In this document: piece by piece, positions 15,084 to 27,269 of the stretch | How positions within the stretch are numbered: position 1 is the first letter of the stretch | Layout of the letters: every line of letters starts with the position of its first letter | Assembly: GCF_006345805.1 (NCBI RefSeq) | Contig: NC_042998.1 | Location: 159,340,001-159,404,000, forward strand | Reading direction: 5' to 3' | Source of the DNA: Octopus sinensis | Taxonomy: Eukaryota | DNA length: 64,000 bases | The notes under the pieces: model-generated | The model's database searches: none | What the model saw: only the letters and a program-made list of their open reading frames with translations | What the model was told of the DNA's origin: nothing | Position numbers and translations under genes: made by a program

Positions 15084-15329
15084 GCGCCCTTTTAAAACCT
15101 AGCCAGGCTCATGGGCCCGGTTTCCCGGTTTCAATGGTGTATGTGTTCCCCAGCTGGACGGGACGCCAGTCCATCACAGCGTTACTCGTTTTTGACAGCT
15201 GAGTGGACTGGAACAACGTGAAATGAGGTGTTATGCTCAAGAACACAACGCATTGCTCGGTCCAGGAATCGAAACCACAATCTTATAATCATGATGCTGA
15301 CACCCTAACCACTAAGCCCCGCGCTTCCA
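15082..15329 (-). mobile_element. tRNA-derived SINE family E (V-domain-like) with (TAA)n tail
   Basis: Head GGCTTAGTGGTTAGGGTG..GGTTTCGATTCC; body GATGGACTGGCGTCCCGTCCAG; tail array ~15040-15081; 3 copies in window. Confidence 0.8.
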
Positions 15330-15335
15330 CACACA

Positions 15336-15443
<108 letters not shown>

Positions 15444-15450
15444 ACATATA

Positions 15451-16165
15451 CGTGGTCTGATCAATAAGCACCCCAACTGTTGCCATAGCAACGAAGCTAC
15501 AGCACGCAGTGTGAAACCGCTTAGCACAGATTGACCTTGAACTTTGCTGTTTTAACGTTCTAGCTCACTTCCACTGTTTACAGCAGTACTTGAAAGTAAC
15601 GTGTGTAGCTTGTGATCGTCGCATTGACCATGACAGAAAGAGTTGAGGAGAAAATCTGCATCAAATTTTGCCAAAAGCTTGGCGATACCTGCTCAGTGGC
15701 CTATGCAAAGTTTGCAAAAACTTTTCATCGTTCTCGACACAATCAAGGAGATTTTATGCAACTGAAACCCGAGTGTCTTTTTTGGTTACCTGAAAGCAGT
15801 TTTAGCACTAACTTGGCAGACACGCGTCTCATACCCAAATCCTCAGTGATAATGAACTGAACTGTAACTGATCTCACGAATGGTGACTTCACGGTTTCCC
15901 TTTATAGCTGCGCGCACATCTGCGATGTTTTTCTCAGTTCTGCAGGTTGCAGGTCTCCCAGAACGTTCGTCGATATCGACAATTTTTCGGCCATCTTGGA
16001 AACGTCTGAAACAATGGAAGTTAACAGTGGAAGTGAGCTAGAACGTTAAAATTTAGTGCACATACATACCTGAGGTCAAGGTCATTCTGTGTCGAGCAGC
16101 TTCACTCTGCGTGCTTGAGTTTCGTTACTATGGCAACATTTCGGATACTTATTGATCAGACCTCG
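15451..16165 (+). mobile_element. Mariner-derived non-autonomous element with internal inversion
   Basis: TA|CG(T/A)GGTCTGATCAATAAG TIRs with TA on both sides; plus strand MTERVEEKICIKFCQKLG (15630); minus strand RRFQDGRKIVDIDERSGRP..LGMRRVSAKLV (15722-16020). Confidence 0.9.
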
Positions 16166-16169
16166 TATG

Positions 16170-16345
16170 TCGCTAGTCACTACACATTCTTTATTTTCTA
16201 TCCTTGTTTCTTTCTGTGTTCCTTTCTGTGGAAGAGCGTAGGCTCGAAACATTAAAGACTTTTTCATTTCCCGAGCGTTAAACTAATACATCTGTTTGTC
16301 ATCTACACCACCTGTCTTCGTCTCTTTTTTTTTGTGAATTCTCCC
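16170..16345 (+). mobile_element. Repeat family D (probable PLE terminal-repeat derivative) ending in (TA)n
   Basis: Similar copy at 24836-25035; hammerhead-like motif at 16222-16257. Confidence 0.6.
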
Positions 16346-16361
16346 TATATATATATAAGTG

Positions 16362-16416
<55 letters not shown>

Positions 16417-16418
<2 letters not shown>

Positions 16419-16579
16419 CACAGGCGTGATTCTGTGGTAAGAAGTTGCTTTCCAACCACATGGTTCTAGGTTCATCCCCATTGCCTAGCAACTTGGGCAA
16501 GTGTCTTCTACTATAGCCTCGGGCTGACCATTGCCTATGTGAGTGGATTTGGTAGACAGAAACTGAAAAAAGCCCGTCG

Positions 16580-16670
<91 letters not shown>

Positions 16671-16918
16671 GCATATATATTTGTTTTGTGTATCTTTGTG
16701 TCTGTGTTTGCCCCCCACCCCATCACTGCTAGGCAGCTGATGTTGGTGTGTTTACGTCTCCATAACCTAGCGGTTCGGCAAAAGAGACCCATAGAATAAG
16801 TACTAGGCTTTAAAAATAAGTCCTGGGATCGATTTTTTCAACTAAAAAAGCCTTCAATGCGGTGCTCCAGCATGGCTGCAGTCAAACGACTGAAACAAAT
16901 TAACAAATAAAAGAATAA
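16417..16918 (+). mobile_element. SINE family B, full length, internal (GATA)n
   Basis: Family B head, CTTGGGCAAGTGTCTTCTAC core and 3' end. Confidence 0.9.
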
Positions 16919-17128
16919 CCTTTTCTACTCTAGGCACAAGGCCCGAAATTTTGGGAGAGGGGCAGTCGATTAGATCGACCCAGTACACAACTGGTACTTA
17001 ATTTATCGACCCCTAAAGGGTGAAAAGCAAAATCGACCGCGGCGGAATTTGAACTCAGAACGTAAAGACGGACAAAATACTGCTAAACACTTCGCCCGGC
17101 GTGCTAACGTTTCTGCCAGCTCGACGCC
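16919..17128 (-). mobile_element. SINE family A, full length
   Basis: Reverse complement of family A; tail-to-tail with preceding SINE B. Confidence 0.9.
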
Positions 17129-17655
17129 AAGAATAATGCATGGATATATGTATATGCGCAAGTGTGTGTAGATATAAAGAGGATATATGCATATATGTTG
17201 TGTGTGTGTGTGAATGTATGTCACTTTTTTGTCTAGGGATGAAGCAAAAGCTATAACATCATCTCCCACAAAACGAAATACATTAATAAGTTAAGGAGTG
17301 ATGTACTGAATACCGAACGCATAAATTCTCTATTAACTGAAATCCCCGTCTTAGTTTGCAAACGAAAACAAAATCCAAGCATCCACTATTAGCAACTATC
17401 AAGGAAAAGAGCAGATAATTTTAGAAAAAATTAATCTCTCGAAGCTAATTTACATACTTAGAGGTAAAAATCTGATCAGGGGACAACATTGAATATGTTT
17501 CAGTCAGTTAGGCCTCTTCACTATAGTCAAGTGTATTTGATCAGTTAACCGAAATTTTTACATGTGGAAAAATATTACGATTTGGAAATAATTTGCATAT
17601 GTACTTAAGATGAACCAATGATATGAATTTGTATCAATAAGTAAATGGATGATAT

Positions 17656-17728
17656 AATGTTGCATCCAAACTTTTAAATGTGACATTATTATTCACCATC
17701 TCACATTTAAAAGTTTGGATGCAACATT
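17656..17728. other. Perfect 28-bp inverted repeat, 17-nt loop (73 nt)
   Basis: AATGTTGCATCCAAACTTTTAAATGTGA and its exact reverse complement at 17701-17728. Confidence 0.95.
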
Positions 17729-18141
17729 TTTTCAATCTATAAGGCACCAATGAGTTTGAATAAAAATACTAAATTTTTCGCAAAACATGTACTTCAACTA
17801 TTGCTTCCTCAAATGTTTTTTCCTATTGTCGCAGAGTTCTGCCGTTGGAAAGTCATTTAAAAGCTCTATTATTTATGGACATACAAACACATATGAACAT
17901 ATCTTCATCTTCAAAAATATGCATGCAACTACCAGCCATGCGCACATAAATACACACCCTCAAATATAAATGTTCAGTCACTAAGAACAATAAATACTTA
18001 TTTGGAAACTTAACTATTTCCTACATGAAGTATAATGAAGAAAGCACAGAAAATACTTGGTATTATACTTAAATTCATATTAAAATTTTCGTTTTCAGAT
18101 CCTATCGGCAAATACCCCCAATGAACTGTGTTACACATTAC

Positions 18142-18531
18142 TTACTCTTTTACTCTTTTACTGGTTTCAGTCATTTGACTGCGGCCATACTAGAGCACCG
18201 CCTTTAGTCGACCCCAGGACTTATTTTTTGTGAGCATAGTACTTATCCTATGGATCCCATTTGCCGAACCGCTAAGTTACAGGAAAGTAAACACACCAGC
18301 ATCGGTTGTCAGGCGATGGTGGGGGAAAACACAGACACACAGACACACACATGCACATATATGTACTCGACGGGATTCTTTCAGTTTCCGTCTACTAAAT
18401 CCACTCACAAGGCTTTGGTCGACCCGAGGCTATAATAGAAGACACTAGCCCAAGGTACCGTGCAGTGGAACTGTACCCGGAACCATGTGGTTGGTAAGCA
18501 ACCTAATTACCACTCAGCCACTCCTGCGCCT
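18142..18531 (-). mobile_element. SINE family B, full length
   Basis: Reverse complement of family B. Confidence 0.9.
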
Positions 18532-18736
18532 AGTACAAGAATATTTTAGTTTACCTTTTCATCTTCACGCAGTATAAACTTTCGCACGTATAATTTTAAT
18601 CCTTCGAATTTTTCCTATCTAAATGGAATTTTTAAAAAATATTTACACGTTATTATTCATAGCTTTATCTACTTTGAGTCCCACCATTTAAAAAAGAATT
18701 ATTTCACGTCTAAGTTTCTAAATTCTTATGACGTAA

Positions 18737-18790
<54 letters not shown>

Positions 18791-18814
18791 ACGTGTGTAC
18801 ACATACATGTATAT

Positions 18815-19198
18815 CTTTTATCTTTACCTGTTTCGGTCATTAGACTGCGGCCATGCTGGGACACCGCCTTGAATATTGTTTATTTATTTTTTCTTAAAGC
18901 CTGGTACTTATTGTACATGTCTCTTTTGCCGAACTGCTACGTTGTGGAGACGTAAACAAACCAACACCAGTTGTCAAGAGGTGGTGAGAGATATCCTCAG
19001 GTACAAACACACACACACACACGAACACATACACACATGCACATATGTATATATGCGACGGGCTTCTTTCAGTTTCCGTCAACCAAATCCAGTCGCAGAG
19101 CATTGGTCGGCCCGAACCTATAGTAGAAGAAACTTGCTCAAACTCAGATCCGCGTATCTAGAAAGCAAACTTCTTACCACAAAGCCATACCTGCGCCT
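18815..19198 (-). mobile_element. SINE family B, internally deleted
   Basis: Reverse complement of family B. Confidence 0.85.
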
Positions 19199-19260
<62 letters not shown>

Positions 19261-19424
19261 CCTTGTGTCTATTGAACACAAATGGTCACTAATAGTCACA
19301 TTTAGTTGTTTAATATATTGTTTTTGGTGAATATGTGTGTATGTGCATGCGCGCCTGTGTGTGTAGGCATACGCGGGACGGGGGGGGGCACATGCACATT
19401 TGTCACTATTTCTAAAGTGTGGAT

Positions 19425-19700
19425 TAGATTTTCTCCAGTTTTGTATTCTTTTGTGCAAAATTGAAGGCTTTATTTCTTGTTTCGCGTCCATACGTTTGTA
19501 GATTACAAGTTTCGAATTCTTAATGAACAGCTTCTTACACATTTTACACTGAAATAGTTTGGCTGCAGGGCGTATTACTTTCTTTTCTTACAATACGTTT
19601 TTATAGACAAAATATTTTCCAGATATTTCACAGTGGTTGGTTTTCTTTGTCCCCTATTGTGTATTTCCTGGTACTTGAAAACTTCATATTTCAAACACAA
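19425..19700 (-). pseudogene. Decayed tandem C2H2 zinc-finger gene fragment
   Basis: HCEISGKYF..L*..KLFQCKMCKKLF..SKLVIYKRMD..HKRIQ; first Cys codons at 19630-32 and 19546-48 are exactly 84 nt (28 aa) apart; G-K-x-F and L positions kept, His ligands mutated, one stop. Confidence 0.7.
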
Positions 19701-19779
19701 TGTTTTGGTGTGTTTTTTTCATAAGTTTCAAAGACATTCAGTAATATTTCTTAGAAATATTTAGTAAATATTTCTTTCC

Positions 19780-20040
19780 ACGGTGGTTTCTCCCTACTTT
19801 ACTACCACCCCTCGAACACTTTCGCCTCTTTCCTCTCCCACCGGTTGCTTCTCAGCGGCTGCAGCGAAGCCTCAATTCGGCGGTGGCCGAATACGTGTCC
19901 GACTTACTCCTGCCGTTTACCCGCGCTTCGTTCCACGCCCTCGCTCTCTTGGCGCCTAATCGAGCATGCCTAACACACGCATGCTCGATTCGGCGGACGA
20001 AACGCCTGCCACCGGCCTCTTTTGTCCGCACGTTAGACTA
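19780..20040 (-). promoter_or_regulatory. GC/CpG-rich multi-hairpin segment upstream of the ZNF remnant (putative promoter/5'UTR)
   Basis: Sharp GC/CpG rise over an AT-rich background; four stems; function inferred only. Confidence 0.4.
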
Positions 20041-20043
20041 GAT

Positions 20044-20298
20044 CAGTGATTCCCAAACTTTTGGGGGTTGCTGCCCTCTTGGCACTCAAACCGCATCCCA
20101 CTCCCACTCACCACCACAAACATAGACCACTTTCTGCAGCAAATTCGAAAGAATTCTATTTCACAAATAAACTTAACCTCATTAACCCATTATTTTGCTG
20201 TTTTAAAATCTATTGCACCCTTTTTGCTCCCCGATTATCGCCCCACTTTTCTTCAACAGCCTGTTGGATCTTTCTATCGCCAACTTTGGGGACCACAT
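20044..20298 (+). mobile_element. Degenerate hAT (Charlie-like) MITE
   Basis: Left end CAGTGATTCCCAAAC; degenerate right end CTTTGGGGACCAC; no TSD found. Confidence 0.45.
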
Positions 20299-21173
20299 CA
20301 AATATTTACACGCCCAATGTTCTCAATGCCCATCAACAAATACCAAGGCCAAATGCTGGGAGATCCCTGCTTCTCTACATGTTGGATATCCATGAGTTGG
20401 AAACCGAAAGAATCCTTATGTTAATGCTCAAGATGGAAAACTACGAATGTTGTTTACAATAAAACCTTTCGCTGAAATTTTTTTATCCATGTTTGCCAGA
20501 AGTAATAATTTTTGGCTCTGTTTTGATGAGGGCTTTTATTTCTTTTAGTATATATTTTTTACCATATATCTCTTTTCTAAATGATATTATTGTTGTGTTT
20601 CAATAAATATGTGCAGAATTGAAATTACCATGATGCTTTTTCAAGAAATTACCCCCCCCCAGGAAGTTTCATTCCCGGCCAATGCAGTGTATCCTGCTAG
20701 TAACATATATTCCATGTTTGCATATTAATGGAGTAGAGTTGTCGAAAAATAATAGAATGAAAATAAAATCGTGACAACACTGACAATGACTATGATGATG
20801 ATGGTAATGATGGTGTATGTATATACAAAATGGTTCGTATCAATGATCAGATTTCAATGGGGGATGATGACGATGTTGTTACTGTCATTCTTGAGATAGC
20901 AGTCATCATCAACATAATAATCATCGCCACCATCTTCATCATCACTACCAAGACTATCTTCGCAGCTCGCTAAGTCTTCATATTTTCATCACGAAATACT
21001 GATCAAACAGTGCCACCATTATAATCAACTTTACCTTTGACATTTTTTTCATCTACTTTGTTTACTATTGCAGAGAATTATATATCTGCTCCAAGTCTAC
21101 TCAAAGACAGCTTTTTTATCATAATTATGGTGTTTCTTTATGTCTGCATATATATAAATAATATTAGAATATA

Positions 21174-21174
<1 letters not shown>

Positions 21175-21216
<42 letters not shown>

Positions 21217-21263
21217 ATATGCATGTGTGTATGTATGTATGTAAATATATACATATACATATA

Positions 21264-21294
<31 letters not shown>

Positions 21295-21582
21295 ATATGT
21301 GTGTGTGTGTGTATATACATATATATTATGTATATATCCATATATGTGCATACACACACACAGACAAATATATATATATACACACATAAATACATATATA
21401 TATATATATATATATATCTTTACACAGATTATTCGCTATATATATATATATATTATATATATAAAATCCTGTGTTTTTAGTCACCATCAAAATTTTCAGC
21501 GTGTATGTATAAGTGTCTGTATATATATATATATATTAATACACGCACATATACACGCTGAAAATTTTGATAGCAGACATAT

Positions 21583-21642
<60 letters not shown>
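21175..21642. repeat. (GT)/(TA)/(CA) compound microsatellites
   Basis: Direct inspection. Confidence 0.9.
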
Positions 21643-21644
<2 letters not shown>

Positions 21645-21907
21645 GGTGAAACGTATTTGTTAAAAGTTAAAAACTCATAAAACTTATTTTTCTATTATTG
21701 CATAATGTTTATCATTTTATTTTATACGTAAACACATGCACACAAACACACAAACGAACACACGTATACTTACACACTTACGTGTACATATATATACGTA
21801 CGTACGTGTGTTTGTGTGTGTGTGTGCGTGTGTGTAGGATGAAAAGCTAACATGTGCAATCATATTAATGCGTTATTCCTAGAAATCATAAATATTTTAG
21901 TATTGTA

Positions 21908-22028
<121 letters not shown>

Positions 22029-22949
22029 CTGTGTAATTTTATATTCGTTTCTCTTATCCAAGTTTCATAAAATACACGACTATGTTCAAGTTTCATCTTT
22101 TTTTATTTCACATTTTTCATATTTTCTTATTAGCTTTTTACAATTAGTTTTCAACAGTAGAGTACCTACACATGTATCCGACGTTTCTAAACCTTCACAG
22201 TCTCATTAGCAAGAGCTGTATTGAATATCTTTTAGTGTTTGTGCTGATTGAATTTATGTAGACTTTCCCGCCAAAGATTTACTGGCTGTTAGCATTATGT
22301 ATGAGGAATCACGTGTGGATTTATTGCGGTATAATTTTGTGTGTTAGGTTTTTTTCCTTTTTTTTTATATCCTTAGTCACATGTTAATTATTTGATGTGT
22401 TTGTATGTTAACTTTGGCATTTTATTGCGTTATGAGAATGGTTTCCATAACCAGTTTTCTATATTTATATGAAATTTTATCCAGTATGTTGTGGATGATT
22501 AATGTGATCTATAAATCTGACTGTAAAAACTGAACGTTGCAAACTCTTGGATACAACCAGTTAAATTGGACAGACTAGTACAACATTCACACATAGGAGG
22601 CTTGCCATGCATATGAAACATAGAGCTATTACACCGCACACCGTAAAACGAAATTAGATACGAACTATTAAAGGTAAATATTTACATGCATATTGTTTGC
22701 GAGACCATGCACGCATTAATGCGAAAATTTCCTCGCAGTTTCAATGCTCCTAGGCACCGCTAAGACAGGAGAAAAACTATCAGTAGGTGCTGAAATCAAG
22801 GGATCTGCAGATGGCAACAAAATGGAATTATATAAGTTGCAAATAAATTATATTCATATATGTGGTGGAAGTGTAGCATGTGAGAATTTGATTGGTTAGG
22901 ACGAACGACTCCAGAAACTCTTGTGACATCCACTATATGTAAACATGTC

Positions 22950-23150
22950 TATCTTTTATCTCTTACTTGGTTCAGTTATTAGACTGCAAGCATTATGGGG
23001 CACAGGCTTGAAGAATTTTCTTTTTAAGTTTGGTGCTTATTCTATCGGTCACTTTTGTCGATCCGCTAGGCTACGGGGACGTAAATACACCAACACTGGT
23101 TGTCAAGGGATGGTGGGGTATAAATATAGACACAAAGACGCACACGCACA
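22950..23150 (-). mobile_element. SINE family B, 3' half
   Basis: Reverse complement of family B 3' domain, ending in the internal CA/TA tract. Confidence 0.8.
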
Positions 23151-23192
23151 CACAGACACACATACACACATATATATACATATATAAATATA

Positions 23193-23237
<45 letters not shown>

Positions 23238-23253
23238 GTAAATATATACACAC

Positions 23254-23335
<82 letters not shown>

Positions 23336-23565
23336 TATATATGTATGTATATACATATATATATTTATAAATGGATGAATGAATCATCCTTTGTTTACCG
23401 TTAACATGAAAATTCAATAAACAGTTACCAGGGTAGCAAAATTCACGCTAGTCACACGGATGAAGCGATCTATTCAAAGGTAGAAACTCCGGGTTAATGT
23501 GCAGTAATTCGTGTATTATAAGTAAATTTAATGGAGTTGAACGAAGATGTTATTAAATTTTTTTA

Positions 23566-23645
23566 CTTTCGACATATGTTTCGAAACATATGGTTTTATT
23601 CCAAAGGAATAAAAGATGTAAAATGCAATCTTCTCATCAAGAAAG
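23566..23645 (-). ncRNA. Type I hammerhead ribozyme fold (C3U variant)
   Basis: CTTTC-TTGATGA-GAAG..TTTC-GAAA-CATATG-T-C-GAAAG. Confidence 0.6.
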
Positions 23646-24359
23646 AAAGAGAGTCTATCTCAACAAGACATTATAACAATTACGATGACAGCCTAATTGA
23701 TAAACATAACGTTATTAAGTATTTAAAAAACTGTTAGTAGATTTGACGTCAAAGGCAGGTACCAGGAAGAGAGGGGTTAAAGAAATAATAAGTAGAGAAC
23801 AAATAAAGAGGGCTACGTTTGTTGAAGAAAAAAAAGTTCAAAGGCTTAAAAGTAGATTTCTCTATTGAAGTAAAGTGCAAGTTAAACTAACTGTTCAAAC
23901 TATCAAGACTGGCGAAATCACTTATATGAGTTAAAGGTATGTTTCTGCCAGTGTTTACTTTTGTAAAATCGCTCTATAAGTGTATTAACAAGGTGATTCT
24001 TAGAGAAGAGAATATGGAAGAGTTCAGACTTGCAAATGTTACAAAATCCCTTGCCTTTATCGTAAGGAAAAGATACGGACAGGATGAACCGATCTAACTT
24101 AAAATCTTTATTGTTGTCTTTAAGATGCCAAACCAATTTATTTAGCCCTGTACTATGGCGTTATCTGCTATCCCTAAATGATGAATAATTATTTGAAATT
24201 CTCTTAGATAACTGGGAAGAGGATGCGCCTATGTAGAAGTAGACATCGGTACCGGAAGAAATTTTACACTGGTATATAGAATTCTTGATCTTAGAATAAT
24301 TAGACATAGATTTAATTATGTTGGGGTTGTCCTCAGAGATCAAAACCATGTTTTTATTG

Positions 24360-24360
24360 C

Positions 24361-24433
<73 letters not shown>

Positions 24434-24468
24434 AATACTATTAATATTATTATTATTATTAATAACAC

Positions 24469-24537
<69 letters not shown>

Positions 24538-24579
24538 CATTATTATTATTATTATTGTTATTATTATTATTAATACTAA

Positions 24580-24648
<69 letters not shown>

Positions 24649-24687
24649 TACTATTATTATTATTATTATTATTATTACTATTATTAC

Positions 24688-24726
<39 letters not shown>
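24360..24726. repeat. (ATT)n/(GTT)n inside PLE linker
   Basis: Direct inspection. Confidence 0.95.
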
Positions 24727-24835
24727 GTGAGGGGTTGGAATTAACAAGATTAATGTTGGAACTCCCAGAAATAGAACTTTTATTTAGCAGATTGGTATTG
24801 TGAGAAGGTATAATTTGTGAAAGATTATTTGTGTT

Positions 24836-25035
24836 GGCGCCATGATAGATCGCTAGCCACTAAACCATTCTTATTTTCTCTCTCACTGTTTATTTCTGTG
24901 TTGCTTTCTGTCGAAGAGCGTAAGCTCGAAACATAAAAGACTTTCTTACTTCCCGAGTATTAAACAAATACATCTGTTTATTGTTTACACACCCGTCTTC
25001 GTCTTTTGTTGTCTTTTTTCGTAAATTCTCACTAT
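24836..25035 (+). mobile_element. Repeat family D, second copy
   Basis: Similar to 16170-16345; hammerhead-like motif at 24904-24939; ends in (TA)n. Confidence 0.6.
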
Positions 25036-25265
25036 ATATATACACATATATATATACATATACATACATACACATATATATATATATAATAAATTAATAA
25101 ATAAATAAAACATATGCATATATACATACATATATGTACGTACCTACCTCTACATGTATATATACATGCATATATGGGTACAGGACATACAAAACAAGGA
25201 AAATTTCCCTTCTTCAGTCGCCTTTGTTTCATCTACTCCACGTTTCGAAGGTCATATATGCACAC

Positions 25266-25375
25266 ACGACGGTCTTTCAGTTTCTGTCAACTAAATCAAC
25301 TCACAAGACTTTGGTTGACCCAAGGATATTGTAGAAGACACTTAGCCAACGTGCCATGCTCTAAGAACCCGGAGT
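25266..25375 (-). mobile_element. SINE family B, 5'/core part
   Basis: Reverse complement of family B core. Confidence 0.75.
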
Positions 25376-26386
25376 CACATAATTCTAAAAGTAGAGCCTT
25401 ATAAATGACATTCGCAAAAACACAGGCGCATGCGCGCGTTTGTATTCCTATTTCCTTTTTAGTGTCATCACCATCAACATATTTACAATTTATAATTCCA
25501 CATCAATAATTTTCATCGTCACTACCAATACCATACCCAACCTTTAATTGTTTATTTATCAATCATCAGTACTTTTATGAGTGTAGTTGTGTATGTGTGT
25601 ATGTGTTCGGGTGCGTCTGTCATTGCAATTTCTAAAGGCAAGTCTTTTTTTACTTTTGTCTACAATTTTTGACAAAAAACCATTGTACCAGATCACCATT
25701 TTTGTCCCCTTGATGACTGCTATCTCAATCAACATCGTTTCTATCAACTACACTATATTCCTTTACAATTATTTTATTATTAATACATTCCACCTTAAAC
25801 ATAGCTAGAAATTTTCCTAATTTGAGAGATAATTTTTTGTATCATCATGAACACCACATCACCTTCATCGCCAAAGTCACCATATCAATAGATGTGGATG
25901 AGAGAAGAACAAAAAAAGGAAGATGTCGAAACTAACAGATAACATGAACCAATATGAATGAACACGAACTTACAGGTTACTGACAATATCGAAGAGAAAG
26001 CCAGCAGAACTATCAGAAGAAATTTCGAGAAAGAAATGAGTCTTATGAATACAAGAACGAAGAACAGTTGCTTGATTTGAAAACAATTTCAAACATGAAG
26101 ATAAAGTGTCCCTGTGATATAACAGCAGTTTAAACAAGTTTATTTTATTTATTTTATTCTTGAATAAATTCAACCCGTTTCTTGTTCGTTGTCATAAAAG
26201 TTTTAACATAACTAAACAATGTTACGAAACTTTAAAGAACGAAGGAGCATTAATCAGGGAAGCGCTTAAAAGGGAAATATGGGTGTAATACACATATATA
26301 TCCACCTCCCTCTCTATCTCTCTCTCATTCACTCACTACTTCTTGCCCACTAAGAACACTTCTAACAAGACTTCCATCTCGTATGC

Positions 26387-26432
<46 letters not shown>

Positions 26433-27269
26433 ACGTGTGTGTGCGTGCATACGTCTCCGTATCCCAACCATCGCCATTGCGACAATATTTTAAAATTAGC
26501 AATCGGTGTTACATCAACTATCTCTCTCGCTCTCTTGCTGGTCATGTGATCTTTTGCTACATGATTCTTAATATTCTATGTATTGCTTTATGTTGAAAAA
26601 CTGAGACTTTAGCGTCAGTCATAGTTGTAATATGCCAAGATCGATGCCTATAAAGTAATATTGATTTTAACAAGGCTATAAAAATGTTTACCTTGGTGTG
26701 TTTCAAGATACAATTGGTCTTCTATATAAATGTTTATGTGCTCATTGCTTGCTCTCTTTTTTAATTCTTTCCTTAAACTCAGAATTATGTGAGCTGCTAC
26801 TTGCAACCACAGTTCAGAAATACTTAATGTAGCCAGTGGCCTTTATTATTTCTCATTCTACAGCTCAGCTGGATGGATAGCATAATTAGTATTCTTTTTT
26901 TCTATCTTTCAACAGATAATAACCCTATCAACTAATTGTTTTCCTCTCTTATTAAATTATCCAATATTAGTTGCATTAAACCCAGTATTGACAAGATTGT
27001 AAGGGCGTGGAGAGCTAACAAGTGTCAGAAGTGAGAAAGAACGTAATGACCAAATCATTAGATCACGAGGAAATAAAATGAGGATGCCATTAAACATTTT
27101 CATTTCCAGGAATCATTTGAAGTGTATCAAACATGCATTATTCGTGATAATATGAATATATGACATCTCAAAAAATATAAGATACCTTTGCAATAACATC
27201 AAAGATGAATGAAGGAACCTTGTAAAGAATCATGATGGATGGAACATTCAGTGAATATTTACAAGTCTC

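Larger units (their letters stand above)
23560..24835 (-). mobile_element. Penelope-like element remnant: linker, GIY-YIG endonuclease and 3' repeat
   Basis: NLSQIIPSHNTNLLNK, (AAT)n, SIYQCKI..YIGASSSQLSKRISN..STGLNKLVWHLK..CNICKSE..LVNTLIE..KHWQK (23918-24349, one frame, one stop); hammerhead fold 270 bp downstream. Confidence 0.8.

Noticed and set aside
19990-20010. GGCG-TTTCGTC-CGCC resembling P3/L3 of an HDV-like ribozyme
   Set aside because: L3 lacks the C22/G25 register, and no P1/P2 partners were found
20665-20702. Helitron-like 3' end (CCCGGCC..CTAGT)
   Set aside because: Hairpin broken; no 5' end identified
21040-21135. Polypyrimidine tract plus CAG acceptor
   Set aside because: No convincing donor or protein similarity
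22176-22212. CTAATGA..GAAACGTC hammerhead-like motif (minus)
   Set aside because: Core mutated; helices I and II do not pair
25975-26150. Purine-rich stretch after TTACAG; possible exon
   Set aside because: All frames close quickly; no motif
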